From positions 38,254,001 through 38,318,000 of the forward strand of contig NC_043013.1 in the NCBI RefSeq assembly GCF_006345805.1: a stretch of DNA of 64,000 bases, in the 5' to 3' direction. Below, one piece after another: positions 11,526 to 26,078 of the stretch; position 1 is the stretch's first letter, and each line of letters opens with the position of its first letter. Made by a program: the position numbers and the translations under genes. The notes below the pieces were generated by a model. It did not search any database, had not been told where the DNA came from, and saw only the letters and a list, made by a program, of their open reading frames with translations. The stretch comes from Octopus sinensis (lineage: Eukaryota).

Positions 11526-12404
11526 TCGTATAACATGTACATGTTTCACTGTCGAATGAGTGAAATGCTAAGTCTACGTCGGCGGAATTCGAACTCAGAA
11601 TGTATACAGCCGTATGAAATGCTGTCAGTCAGTTTTGATGGTCGTTCTGTCAATCATAATAATCGTGAAAAAGACAATTACAAACACGAACAAAATATCA
11701 TCACCACCATTACCATAGAAATGGTGGTTGAGTCGAGAAATGAGGATCGGCTCCATTTTGTTGTGATTTATCTTATATATGTGCACGTTTGTATGCACGC
11801 GTGTGTGGTGTTTGTGTGTAGATATGTGTATGTATATATATATATATATTATATATACACATACATAAATACATACATAATAAGACATACATACATACCT
11901 ACATATAATACATATATATATATATAGTATATATATATATATAGATATATATATATTATATATATATATATACACCACACACAACACACACATGTATATG
12001 CTCATAAGTACGTATCTGCTTTCATATACATATACACGCCCATATATCTTTTTAATTAGATTTTATAGAAAATGGTTCATTGTCTATTCTACTCCTACCC
12101 CTCCCTTCCAACCTATTTTTCTACCTCACCTATTCTTCCACCCTCTCTCTCTCCTTCTTTCTCACTCTCTCTCCTCTTTCTCTCTCACCTTGCTGTGTTT
12201 AAGCAACAGAAACGTTTGCGTTTCAGCTAATATTTAACACTTTTCTTATCTATTCAGTTTTGCACGTAGCCTAAATTTCTAACTATTTATCTATTTCCTC
12301 TATTCAAATCTTTATTAATGTACAAAACTATTCCTATATGTATATATCTATCTGTTTATCTATCCCTATATCTGCTAAGTAACTAATTATTTATCTACCT
12401 TCCC

Positions 12405-12442
12405 ATCTATCTATATATCTATCTATCTATCTATTATCTATC

Positions 12443-12482
<40 letters not shown>

Positions 12483-12488
12483 TTAATA

Positions 12489-12538
<50 letters not shown>

Positions 12539-12577
12539 GTTCTGTCTGTCTGTCAATCTATCATCTATCTATCTATC

Positions 12578-12636
<59 letters not shown>

Positions 12637-12651
12637 GTATTCTATCTATCT

Positions 12652-12698
<47 letters not shown>

Positions 12699-12708
12699 GT
12701 CTGTCTGT
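12405..12708. repeat. (TATC)n/(TGTC)n microsatellite
   Basis: Direct tandem array. Confidence 0.95.
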
Positions 12709-12908
12709 CATTTTCTCTGCTTGACCGTCTCTCTCCTTCCCTTTCAGCATATATTTAAATACGTAGACAAACACACACATACATATGAGCTTTTTTTTTT
12801 GCATGTGTAAATATGCGTATCTCTGCGTATATCGTGTTCCTGGATATATACTTGCCTGTCTAGCAATATCTCCATATCTCTATCTCTTTTTATAGCCTCT
12901 ATATTTGC

Positions 12909-13008
12909 NNNNNNNNNNNNNNNNNNNNNNNNNNNNNNNNNNNNNNNNNNNNNNNNNNNNNNNNNNNNNNNNNNNNNNNNNNNNNNNNNNNNNNNNNNNN
13001 NNNNNNNN
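12909..13008. other. Assembly gap (100 N)
   Basis: Run of exactly 100 N, likely a placeholder of unknown true size. Confidence 1.
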
Positions 13009-13230
13009 AAAATTACAAATAGTTCTTTTATTTTGTTTCAGGTTTACTGGATTATGGTTCATGCTGGGACACGGCATTGAATGGTTTTAGTTGATCGTAA
13101 GAGATCTCAGTACTTTAGTTTTACGCCTGGTGTATGTCATAGAAATAGGAGTCAAAGTCCCAAATCCATCACCGAAATCAACGAAATATGACAGACAACA
13201 GTATGCAAGCAAATGTTTAAAGAATTAAAC

Positions 13231-13399
13231 AGGCGCAGGAGTGGTTGTGAGGTAAGTAGCTTGCTTACCAACCACATAGTTCCGGGTTCAGTCCCACTGC
13301 GCGGCACTTTGGGCAAGTATCTTCTACTATAGCCTCGGGCCGACCAATGCCTTGTGAGTGGATTTGGTAAACGGAAATTGAAAGAAGCCTGTCGTATAT

Positions 13400-13447
<48 letters not shown>

Positions 13448-13660
13448 TTGTGTGTCTGTGTTTTTCCCTCCCCCAATATCGCTTGACAACCGATGCTGGT
13501 GTGTTTACGTCCCCTAACTTAGCGGTTCTGCAAAAGACACCGATAGAATAAGTACTATGCTTACAAAGAATAAGTCCTGGGGGTCGATATCTCGACTAAA
13601 GGTGGTGCTCCAGCATGGCCACAGTCAAATGACTGAAAACAAGTAACAGAGTAAAAGAGT
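13231..13660 (+). mobile_element. SINE family A, full length
   Basis: Colinear with the other A copies. Confidence 0.9.
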
Positions 13661-13693
13661 AATTATAAACATACCATTAATGATTGTCATGCG

Positions 13694-13759
13694 GGTATTC
13701 ATGTATTATGGTTTCTGGTTCTGGTCCGCGAGCCTCAACCTTCATCAGCATGAATCACC
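13694..13759 (-). ncRNA. Type I hammerhead motif, partly decayed
   Basis: GGUGAUUCAUG-CUGAUGA-A-GGUU..AACC-A-GAAA-CCAUAA-UA|CAUGAAUACC. Stem I is 7+3 bp and the core boxes are intact; stem III is disrupted. Confidence 0.6.
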
Positions 13760-14360
13760 GTTGAAAAGTTCTAAATCTGTTACGTTGAACATCCATCAAC
13801 GTTCTGACTTGTTTTGCAAATATATTTATGAGCAAAATTCGAATGTAGACAGTCGAAGAAAGATATTATCATTGTTAATATTATCTGTGCTGAATATAAG
13901 TAATTGATAATAATAACAATGACATTATAGGTGGTTCCAGGTTTTTAAATAGCATTCATTATATAGCTATACGTTAAAATTACAAATTAGCACTAAGATT
14001 AAGGACGCACAGGGCATCAACCTGTTCGGAAATAGAAGTCAATATCCCAAATATATATAAATATATATATATATAAATTAATAAATAAGACATATGCATA
14101 TATACATAATATATGTACGTACCTACCTCTACATGTATATATACACGCATATATGGGTACAGGACACCAAAAAAACGTTGAACACAATGAGAAACGAAAA
14201 CATAAACACAAAACCAAGGAACTGGACATTTTTCTTAAACAACAAAAAAATAGAGTACAGGACACAAGGAAAATTCCCCTTCTTCAGTCGCCATGATTTC
14301 ATCTACTCTGCGTTTCGAAGGTGAAGGCGATACGCATCTTCGATAGAAACTTTCCTTCCC

Positions 14361-14439
<79 letters not shown>

Positions 14440-14509
14440 CCGTTTTGATCAATTAAACGATTCGTTGTTATCAGTTATTTTATTGCTTCTTCATCGTATC
14501 CATAGCACG

Positions 14510-14738
14510 AAGCTGGCAGAAACGTTAGCACGCCGGGCGAAATGCGTAGCCGTAATTCATCTGAGTTCAAATTCCGCCGAGGTCGACTTTGCCTTTCATC
14601 CTTTCGGGGTCGATAAATTAAGTACCAGTTACGCACAGGAGTCGATGTAATCGACTTAATCCGTTTGTCTGTTCTTGCTTGTCATCGCCGTGTTTAGCCC
14701 CTTGTGGGTAGTAAAGAAATAGGTATTTCGTTTGTCTT
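14510..14738 (+). mobile_element. SINE family D (alpha unit)
   Basis: AGCTGGCAGAAACGTTAGC head, GAGTTCAAATTCC B-box-like motif, GCCTTTCATCCTTTCGGGGTCGATAAA core, and AAAGAAATAGGTATTTCG end. Confidence 0.9.
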
Positions 14739-14949
14739 GGGATATAGAAACACATAGCACTATAAACATACAAGCTCATTAATATAATCTAATTCCATTA
14801 TGTATTTATATACGGGTACACTTACACATATGGATATATACAGAAATTTATATCTACACACATACACATATATGCATACATGCATCTGTCTATCTGTGTA
14901 TACACCTATGCATAAATACGTATATGTGTTTGTGTGTGTATTTATGTAT

Positions 14950-15319
14950 TGTGTGGTAAGTAGCTTGCTTACCAGCTACATGGTTCTGAGTTCAGTCCCA
15001 CTGCATGGCAGCTTGGGCAAGTGTCTTGTACTATAGCCTCGGGCCGACAAAAGACTTGTGAGTGGATTTGATAGACGGAAACTGAAAGAAGCCCGTCGTA
15101 TATATGTATATGTATATGTATGTGTGTGTGTGTTTGTGTGTGTGTGTTTGTCCCTCCATCATCACTTGACAACCGATGCTGGTTTGTTTACGTCCCCGTA
15201 ACTTAGCTTCGAAAAGAGACGGATAGAGCTTACAAAGTCCTGAAGTTGATTTGCTCGACTAAACGTCCAGCATGCCGCAGTCAAATGACTGAAACAATAA
15301 AGAGACAAAAGTGTAAAAG

Positions 15320-15320
<1 letters not shown>
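14950..15320 (+). mobile_element. SINE family A, near full length with small deletions
   Basis: Colinear with the other A copies. Confidence 0.85.
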
Positions 15321-15351
<31 letters not shown>

Positions 15352-15530
15352 GTACTTGATATTCAATTAAAACCATGTCTAGATTAATCCGGATTAACTT
15401 ATCCCAATAAACTGAACGGTGCTCCATGCAGATATAGGTCAAATCGCCATTCTCAAAAAATAAAAATAATTCAACGAATGCTGAAAAGAGAACAAATGTA
15501 AAAATAAAAGGACTACGTGATATTGGTATA

Positions 15531-15584
<54 letters not shown>

Positions 15585-16383
15585 ATATTGACTTACACAT
15601 GCTAGACACACCGGTATGAATTTTCTCTAAATTTTCTATCCTTGTTATTTTCACGGTGTAATATATATATAATATCTATATATATATATATCTATATATA
15701 TATATGTGCAGAGACCCGCTTCGGTCATGACTGACCATGGGGTTGCACCTAGAAAGTTACCCTCCCATACAACACACACACACACACACACACACACATA
15801 TGCACATGTATTTACATATGTACAGACATATGCATACAGATTCTTATATACATACATAAATACATACATACATACATACATACATACATACATACATACT
15901 TTCATACATACTTATATGTCATCATCATCATCATCGTTTAACGTCCGCTTTCCATGTGTGTGTATGTATATATGTATATGCGTATTTATGTATGTATGTA
16001 TGTATGTATGTATGTATGTCTGTATGTATGTATGTATGTATGTATGTATGTATATGCGGTGTTTGTATGAGTTGCTGAGTGTGACTGCTTAAGAGAATTT
16101 ATGTAGGGATGGGGCAAAGTAAATTTCACTACCGAATTTCTGACCAAGCATAGCTATATATAAGCATATGTATAGAACATAAGCATATACATATGTATTA
16201 CTTATAAGAAGCTCAATGTGGGCATTATGTATACATATATGTAATATACAAATATATATATATACATATATGTTTATATAAATGAGTGTACATGTATATA
16301 CATGTATGTATACATATGCATATATATATACGTATATACATACATATGTACTTAACACACACATGCATATGTCTCTGTGTGCG

Positions 16384-16441
<58 letters not shown>

Positions 16442-16804
16442 GATATATATATATAGATATAGATATATATATATTCAAAGAGAGAGATAGAGAGAGATTT
16501 ACATTCATAGAATAAAATAAAACAAACCGAACATCAAATAAAATCATAAAAAAAGAAGGGTACAAACTATAACGAACAAAAAAGAAAACAAAAAGTAAAG
16601 AAAAAAACAAAAACAAGCTAATGACTGAAGAGAGGGCGGGACGAGTGGGCAGCCCCTAGACTCCGTTATTGATCCCAATCTAAGACAGGGAGACACACTG
16701 TCTAATTCTGGTGGCAAGATAAACATTATATACATCAATTTCTCAGTGTGAGATTCAAAGTCTCTATATTTATCCTCCTTCTATAGCCATCTTCATATGT
16801 ATAC

Positions 16805-16854
<50 letters not shown>

Positions 16855-17008
16855 AAATCCGCAAATATCCGTAGAGTGTACGTATTATATATACATGTAT
16901 GTATATAAGATAGATCTTCGCAGATACATATATATGTATATGCTTATGTACGTACGTATAAGTACATACTTACTTCTACGCATATATGTACAAATATGCA
17001 TACCTTCG

Positions 17009-17041
<33 letters not shown>

Positions 17042-17636
17042 ACTCTGTCTTTCTTTCTCTCCCTCTCCCCCTCTCTCTCCCCCTCTCTCTCCCCCTCTCT
17101 CTCCCCCTCTATACATACATACATACATATACATACATACATAATATACATACATACACACATGCATATTTACATATATTCTTATATGTCTCCATACATA
17201 TATGCATATATATATATACTTTGTATACACACGCGTGCAAACACAGAAATATATGCACACGTATCTATATATTAATAAATTTATATACATATATTGAATT
17301 CAAATGAATTAGTGTAAATGTATACGGCCGTTTGTTTCTGCACAAATATGAACTCATGCCAATATCTGCATATGTATGAGTGTGTGAACGATTGTGTGCA
17401 TGTACGTGTGTGTTTATGTATGTATACGCGTCTTAATGTTATATACATGTATATGTATATGTGTGTGTGGGGGTCTCTGGTGTGGGTAAGTGTGTGGTGT
17501 CTGTATGCATAATACTTAAGGAACGGCGATTTTAAGACCAACTCTGGTCAAAATATTTCTTAATTCAAATGCATATACATGTGTATGTATACAGATATAG
17601 ATATATAGAGATAGAGGTGCAAGTATGTACTTATAT

Positions 17637-17683
<47 letters not shown>

Positions 17684-17817
17684 CCGAAATTGCTACGATG
17701 ATCCGGTTCTTGACTGAAGATTGAGGGCTTCGAATGTCCCGTCCGTGTTTTTTGTATCGTCTTCTAAGTGTTTTGCGTTCTTGTCCCAGTTTGTATTTTT
17801 CTACATATAATAATAAT

Positions 17818-17866
<49 letters not shown>

Positions 17867-17901
17867 CACACACACACCACACACACACTATATATATATA
17901 T

Positions 17902-17935
<34 letters not shown>

Positions 17936-18009
17936 GCACTCACACGCACATATTACATATATATAAGTATATACGATGGGGTGCTGAAAAGTTCCCGGCT
18001 TTGAGAAAA

Positions 18010-18740
18010 GGAAAATACAGGCAGATTGATTAATTATGAGTTGCAAGCTCCTTATCAATGGTCCATAGATGTCCTCTTTCTCTTGTATTTCTCGAACTAC
18101 ACTGGTGGCCAGAGGGTAGCTGATTTCCCCAAAAGAACGTATCTTTTCCTTGTGGTTTCGCAGGTTGCGTTTTAATTTCACTAATACTCTTTTTCACCTA
18201 TCGGTCTCAATATAGTTATCTTTGTTGGTACTTGTTTTCTTTCTTGTTATCCTAGTTCATACCGTTCTAGCTACAGCACCATACCCCAAAACATTCTACA
18301 AGACATTCTCCTGCAATTGGTCATAATGGAATTGATGTCTTCGGTCTTTGTCTTGCCAAGCCTGACAACGTTTTCTGCCTTTTATGCTGGTCGTACTTAG
18401 TGGGGATTTCGTTTTTGAACGGTCGTAGCCTTCGAAGTGGGATGTCATAAACTCATCGGTATTCCATCCCAAGCTTTTGGCATTATCAATCCTGTGTATG
18501 GCCTCTGTTTCTCGTACCAAATAACCAAGAACTATCTTCTCAGTGACCCGGATTACTTTCTTATTTTGTTCTGATAAATAGATTTTACCATTGCTCCTTA
18601 GGAAGAGCACTGTATCAGCTCTTATTTCGTCCCTCGCCTCAAGTTCATTAGCTATCCTAATTATGTAATTAATTTTATGGTCACAAACCTAGGCAACATA
18701 GTTACTGGTCTCTTTCGTCTGCTGCAAATGTTGTTTCAGT
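18010..18740 (-). mobile_element. R4/Dong-like non-LTR retrotransposon fragment (post-RT, Zn finger, RLE)
   Basis: The minus strand reads SLGWNTDEFMTSHFEGY, EDINSIMTNCRRMS and EISYPLATSVVREIQEKEDIYGPLIRSLQL. The last motif parallels the RLE at 28657-28941. Confidence 0.7.
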
Positions 18741-18798
18741 ATGCATGAATATCTTTGAAGTGTAAATGTATATATACACTCGTACTTTATATCAATAT

Positions 18799-19177
18799 GT
18801 GGAGGCGCAATTACCCAGAGGTTAGGGCAGCGGACTCGCGATTGTGGGATCGCAGTTTCGATTCCCAGACCGTGCGTTGTGAGTGTTTATTGACTAAAAG
18901 CATCTAAAGCTCCACGTGACTCCGGAAGGGTGTGGTGGGAAATCCTGCTGTATTCTTCCACCACAACTGTCACCCGTTCTTCCTGTTTCTGTTGTACCTG
19001 TATTTCAAAGGGCCAGCCTTGTCGCACTCTGTGTCACACTGAATCTCCCCGAGAACTGCGTTAAGGGTACACGTGTCTGTGGAGTGCTCAGCCACTTGCA
19101 CGTTAATTTTACGAGCAGGTTGTTCCGTTGATCGGATCAACTGGAACCCTCGTCGTCGTAACCAAGTGAGTGCCACG
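18799..19177 (+). mobile_element. SINE family B, full length with TSD
   Basis: GTGGAGGCGCAAT head through tail-1. 10-bp TSD ATATCAATAT at 18789-18798 and 19178-19187. Confidence 0.92.
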
Positions 19178-19320
19178 ATATCAATATATACTCATACACG
19201 TGTATGTAGACTATATATACATAGGTATATATGCTGATGTACACACGGTATACACTAACATACACACGGTATACACACACCCATATGCCAGAGTATATGT
19301 TTGTTTTTGTCTAATTTTTT

Positions 19321-19690
19321 TAGCTCCCAACCAAATGGTTTCAGCCTCAGTCTCCTCGCATAGCACCTTGAGCAGGTGTCTTTCACACTAGTCCCGGGCC
19401 AACAAAAGACTTGTGAGTGGATTTGGAAGACGGAAAATGGAAGAAGCTTGTTGTATATGTGTGTGCGCGTGATGTGTGAATCTTTGTATGTGTTTGACCC
19501 AACACCAGCGATTGACAACTGGTATGTTTACGTCTACTTTATCTAGCGGTTCAGCAAAAGAGAGTGATACAATAAGTACCAGGTTTTAAAAAAATATAAG
19601 TACAGGGGTCGATTCGTCCGACTAAAATACTACAAGGCGGTGCCCCAGCATGGGCAGAGACTATTTACTGAAACAGGTAAATGATAAAAG
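19321..19690 (+). mobile_element. SINE family A, decayed
   Basis: Recognisable TTGTGAGTGGATTTGG and AGGCGGTGCCCCAGCATGG blocks. Confidence 0.75.
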
Positions 19691-19837
19691 ATATTTGTGC
19701 GTATATACACTCACACACACGTTTATAAAGGAAATATATTCATAAACATAAGTTATTAGAAACAAAATTTCTGTCGCTGTAACGGAAAGTTGCAGCACAA
19801 ATCTCTCAGTATCAACAATCACTTTTAATTTCTCGTA

Positions 19838-19872
<35 letters not shown>

Positions 19873-19875
<3 letters not shown>

Positions 19876-20050
19876 CGCAGTTCTCGGGGAGATTCAGTGT
19901 GACACAGAGTGCGGCAAGGCTGGCCCTTTGAAATACAGGTACAACAGAAACAGGAAGAACGGGTGACAGTTGTGGTGGAAGAATACAGCAGGATTTCCCA
20001 CCACACCCTTCCGGAGTCACGTGGAGCTTTAGATGCTTTTAGTCAATAAA
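19873..20050 (-). repeat. 178-bp local inverted duplication of 18886-19063
   Basis: The reverse complement is identical except at 1 base and shares the private variants of the donor copy. Confidence 0.92.
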
Positions 20051-20051
20051 A

Positions 20052-20286
20052 GTGGAGGCGCAATGGCCTAGTGGTTAGGGCAGCGGACTCGCGGTCGCAG
20101 GATCGCGGTTTCGATTCTCTGACCGGGCGTTGTGTGTGTTTATTGAGCGAAAACACCTAAAGGCTCTACGAGGCTCCGGCAGGGGGTGGTGATCCCTGCT
20201 GTACTCTTTCACCACAATGGCGGTGCCCCAGCATGGCCACAGCTCAAGAGCTGAAACTGGAAAAACAAAAAAAAAAAAAAAAAAAA
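20052..20286 (+). mobile_element. Chimeric SINE: B head joined to an A-type 3' tail plus poly(A)
   Basis: B head runs to CTCTTTCACCACAAT, then GGCGGTGCCCCAGCATGGCCACAG..CTGAAAC and an A-run. Confidence 0.8.
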
Positions 20287-20295
20287 TATATATAT

Positions 20296-20728
20296 AGGCT
20301 CAGGAGTTGCTATGTGGCAAGAAGCTTGCTTACCAACCACATGTTTCCGGGTTCAGTCCCACTGCGTGGCACTTTGGGCAAGTGTATTCTACTATAGCCT
20401 CGGGCCGACCAATGCCTTGTGAGTGGATTTGGTAGACGGAAGATGAAAGAAGGCCATCGTATATATACATATGTGTGTGTGTGCGTGCATGTTTAAGTGC
20501 GAATCTTTGTATCTGTGTTTGTCCTTCCCCCCCCCCCACCACCACCATCGCTTGACAACCGATGTTGGTGTGTTTACGACCGCGTAACTTAGGGGTTCGG
20601 CAAAAGACACTCATAGAATAAGTACTAGGCTTACAAAGAATAAGTCCCGGAATCAATTTGTTCGACTAAAAGCGGTGCTCTAGCATGGCCGCTGTCAAAT
20701 GACTGAAACAAGTAGATGAATAAAAGAG
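20296..20728 (+). mobile_element. SINE family A, full length
   Basis: Colinear with the other A copies. Confidence 0.9.
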
Positions 20729-21210
20729 TATATATAGATATATACACACACACATACATATTTACATACATGCCTACCTACATACATGCATGCATACATA
20801 CATGCATACATACATACATACATACATACATACATACATACATACATACATACATACATACATACATACATGCATAAATGCATACACGCGCATTCACAAA
20901 CGTATGTGAACCTACAGGGGCAAATAAATGTGGAGAAAATAGTCCTCGAAAAGAAAATGTGAAAGAAAATGCTATTTTCTGGCAGTTGAAAATATACTTC
21001 AGAATAATTCTAAGTTCTCATAAATGTCTGATGAACGATTACGCGAAACTCTGAATAAAAGTTTGTAAAGTTTTTATTTTTCAACTTCAATACAATGGTG
21101 TATACATACATACATACATACATACATACATACATACATACATACAAACATACATACATACATACAAACATACATATATATATATATAAATATATATATA
21201 CACATACACT

Positions 21211-21256
<46 letters not shown>

Positions 21257-21451
21257 TATGCCGATATATATACATACGTACACGCACGTGCATATATATA
21301 TAGATGGATAGATAACCGCAAGTGTATATGCTGGTGTGTGTGTGTGTATGTGTGAATGCATGTATGTATGCATGGCTGTATGTATGCGTGTATATATATT
21401 ATATACGCATACATACGCATATATATATATACGTATATATACATACGCATA

Positions 21452-21515
<64 letters not shown>

Positions 21516-21517
21516 AT

Positions 21518-21618
<101 letters not shown>

Positions 21619-21789
21619 CACACATAGCCATATTTATCTATCCCCATCTCAGTATCTCTCTATCTCACAGTCGCGTTCTGAGGGGATGTGTAAGGGGATG
21701 GTGGAAATGACAGGTGATTTATCACCACAAGTGCAACCGTCAGTGTGTTGGCGGCACAAAGGTGGATTTGTTGTGGCTTTGATTAAGAA

Positions 21790-22845
<1,056 letters not shown>

Positions 22846-24002
22846 GGTAGGGAAGCAGAAGTTGGTGAAGGCATATAATAATCTTACATAAGCACATTCC
22901 TGATCAAGGAATATTATTTTCAAAGACGTTCCAAACCCAAAACCATTCCATTTTTATTTTATTTTATTTCATTTTTTTTATCATGGAACCTAGACCCACA
23001 TCAGCCGATGTCTCATTCTTAAAAAAACATTTGTGTTATGCATTTAGCTGCTATTTCCAGCATGCCGCATGACTATGTAGGATAGTGCTTTCTAACATTT
23101 CTGTGACCACGATACCTTTCCTAACTCAGCATAAGGTTACGCAACGCCCTTGTTCTACACACCCAGAAAAAAACGTAAACCTCTGCGAAAAATCTGTTCC
23201 AGCGAACGCCAATAGGATTCGCTTGAAATTGTTGTTGTAGCTGTTGTTGTTGCTGTTGTCTAGCTTTAATCGAGGAGACGTAAAATCAAAAATAATCCAA
23301 CCGTGACAATCACGTTTTACTTTCTATATACAAGATACGCATGACCACATGGTCCAATGCACCTTTTTCCAAGATGGAAGTACGTGAGTGATTTAATGGA
23401 GAGTTTGCTACTATCTTTAGCAGATTGAGTGACCATATAACGGAGAAGATGGTAGGGGCGATTGTCGTTGTCATCGCAGTTGGCGCCGCTATCGTCGATG
23501 TGGCCATCATTGTTGTTGCCATCGAGTTCGTTGTCTTTATTGTCGTTGTGGGGCTGTGGTCGTCGTCTTGTCAATATCTTTGTTGTAGCCGAAGTCGATG
23601 TTGTCGTCGGGGTCTTTGGCCGTCGTCGCTGACATCGTCGTTATCGCCGACGTTGTCGTCTTCTTCTTCTTCTTCTTCTTCTTCGTCTTCTTCTTATTCT
23701 TCTTATTCTTCTTCTTCTTCCAATCAGGCCTCACACCATTAGCCACAAAGAATAATCTCTAATTCGAGCCTACTCTAAGCTACTAAGAATGCGTTTGGGA
23801 ACTTGAAGATCCACCCACCACACGCGATAGACTGGCGGTTGCACGGGCGCGAAAGATACGTTGTTATCCTCATCCCATAAACGGCGACTTTTATGTCGGT
23901 GGAGAGCTGAGCCATCCTGGGGTACAGAGGATTCGCAATCTAGACTACTATCTGAAAGTTTACCACACCATAGTGGGTTACACCATGGTTCCTCTGCTTT
24001 GA

Positions 24003-24203
24003 GGCAGAAGTAGGAAGAAAGAGTGAGAGAAAGTTGTGGTGAAAGAGTACAGCGGGGTTCACCACCACCACCACCCCGCCGGAGCCTCGTGGAGCTTAGG
24101 TGTTTTTGCTCAATAAACACTTACAATGCCCAGTCTGGGAATCGAAACCGCGTTCTTACGACCGCGAGTCCGCTGCCCTAACCACTGGGCCATTGTGCCT
24201 CCA
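24003..24203 (-). mobile_element. SINE family B head and body, without tail-1
   Basis: Reverse complement of the B head; continues into unrelated sequence at 23770-24000. Confidence 0.85.
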
Positions 24204-24524
24204 CTGTCGTTGTCGTTGTCCTCGTCGCTGTCATCATCGTTGTTGTCATCGTCATCCTTAGTCGTCTCTTTCATTGTTGTCATTGGCACCGTACTCAACA
24301 TAGTTGTCGTCTGCAATAACGTTGTTGTCATTGTCGTCGTCATGGCTGTTGCCATCGTCTTCAGTCGACGCCATCATTGTTGTCATCGATGTTGTCGTGA
24401 TTGCCACAAAGAGAATAGCGGGGGTAGTGGAATTGGTAGTCATTGTGAATATTATGAGGGGTTTTATGGGGTGGAGTATGTGAGAGCGAGCTATGAGTAC
24501 TTTCTGTGCAGTAAAACGCTATAG

Positions 24525-24853
24525 ACGATCCTCGGTCATGAATGACCATGCGATTGCATCTAGAAATTTAGCCTCCGAGGCACAAGTGCGGACAATGTTA
24601 TTTATGGAAGCCCAGCAGTCAACCATGCATACCAGTTGCTCCTCTCCATGCCACCGATGTTATCCGAGGGAAAGACAAAGGCCGATAGAGCTTGGCACCA
24701 GAGATGTTGCAACTCATTTCTACAGCTAAGTGAACAGGAGCAACGTGAAATAAAGCGTCTTGCTCAAGAACGCAATACGCTGCTTTGTCCAGGAATCGAA
24801 CTCACAACCTCACAATTGTAAACCCGACGCTCTAACGGCTGAATCATGCGCCT
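24525..24853 (-). mobile_element. SINE family C (CORE-like domain) with tail-2
   Basis: Reverse complement of 55155-55492 (TTCTTGAGCAAGAC..TTTATTTCACGTTGCTCC). Confidence 0.8.
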
Positions 24854-25134
24854 TTACTACTATGCGGTGGTAGTGATTGAAATGCTGATATTTTTGGGTA
24901 TCTTGTGACAGCAGTGGTGTGGTGGTGGTGGTGGTTGGTTTTTATAGGGGTGGGTAGTGTACAAGCGGTGGTAGTGATGTTCTAACATGAGTGAGGTACA
25001 CTTCTGGCTGGGGTGGGAAAATTTGTCGCCTCTATTGAAATAAAGACCCATCCCCACATCAGTCATTTTGTTCTTTTTGTATTTGATTTTGCTATCACTA
25101 ACAGTATTGCTATTGCCGCTGTTGCTTTTATTGC

Positions 25135-25181
<47 letters not shown>

Positions 25182-25641
25182 TTGCTGCTTCCACAACTGC
25201 GGGTGTTGTCGCCGTTCTTTTTTTATTCTTTTACTTTTGTTGGCGTTGGTGCTGTTATGGAAGGCAGTAGTTATTATCGCTCTTTAACCCCAAATCGATC
25301 CTGACCAAACAGACTTATCATCAAACGGACTCCACTTCGGCCATCACAGATTAATTTTAGTTGTTTATGTTAGTCTGCGTTATCTAATGTGGTCTTCATA
25401 GGACTTTTTTTTAAAGATGCTATATATGTAATCTGATGAATATTTGGTTGCTATTTCTGTAAGGTACAGAGCAGCGCTTCCCAACCATTTGTTATCTGGG
25501 GACCACTTTGATTCTATTTCACTTGGATGGACCCTCATGACTATTCAACATTTAAAAAATTCTATCATATTTTTATGATTTAACATTATAAGGAATTAAT
25601 TGTATTAAAAAATTGCTAAAATATTTTTGGATTGTTGAAAA

Positions 25642-25807
25642 GGGCGTAGGAGTGGCCGTGTGGTAAGTAGCTTGCTTACCAACCACATGGTTCCGGGTTC
25701 AGTCCCACTGCGTGGCACCTTGGGCAACTGTCTTCTACTATAGCCTTGGGCTGACCAAAGCCTTGTGTGCGGATTTTGGTTGTCGGAAACTGAAAAGAAA
25801 CCCGTCG

Positions 25808-25875
<68 letters not shown>

Positions 25876-26078
25876 TGTGTCTGTGTTTGTCCCCCCCCAA
25901 CATCGCTTGACAACCGATGCTGGTGTGTTTACGTTCCCGTAACTTAGCGGTTCGGCAAAAGACACCGATAGAATAAGTACTAGACTTACAAAGAATAAGT
26001 TGCTCGACTAAATGTGGTGCTCCAGCATGGCCACAGTCAAATGAGTGAAACAAGTAAAAGAGCAAAAGAGAAAAAGAG
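25642..26078 (+). mobile_element. SINE family A, full length
   Basis: Colinear with the other A copies. Confidence 0.9.

Noticed and set aside
17705-17745. Hammerhead at CTGAAGA
   Set aside because: No stem II and GAAT instead of GAAA. Similar isolated boxes at ~8068, 9937, 25433, 27397 and 41294 also lack stems.
17971-18003. Mariner-like TIR (TACGATGGGGTGCTGAAAAGTTCC)
   Set aside because: A single short end with no partner or transposase; too little to call an element.
21022-21070. Active hammerhead CUGAUGA-ACGAUUACGC-GAAAC
   Set aside because: The core boxes are present but no stem I partner was found, so it is kept only as a relic.
25472-25640. hAT-like MITE starting CAGCGCTTCCCAACC
   Set aside because: No matching right TIR or TSD identified.
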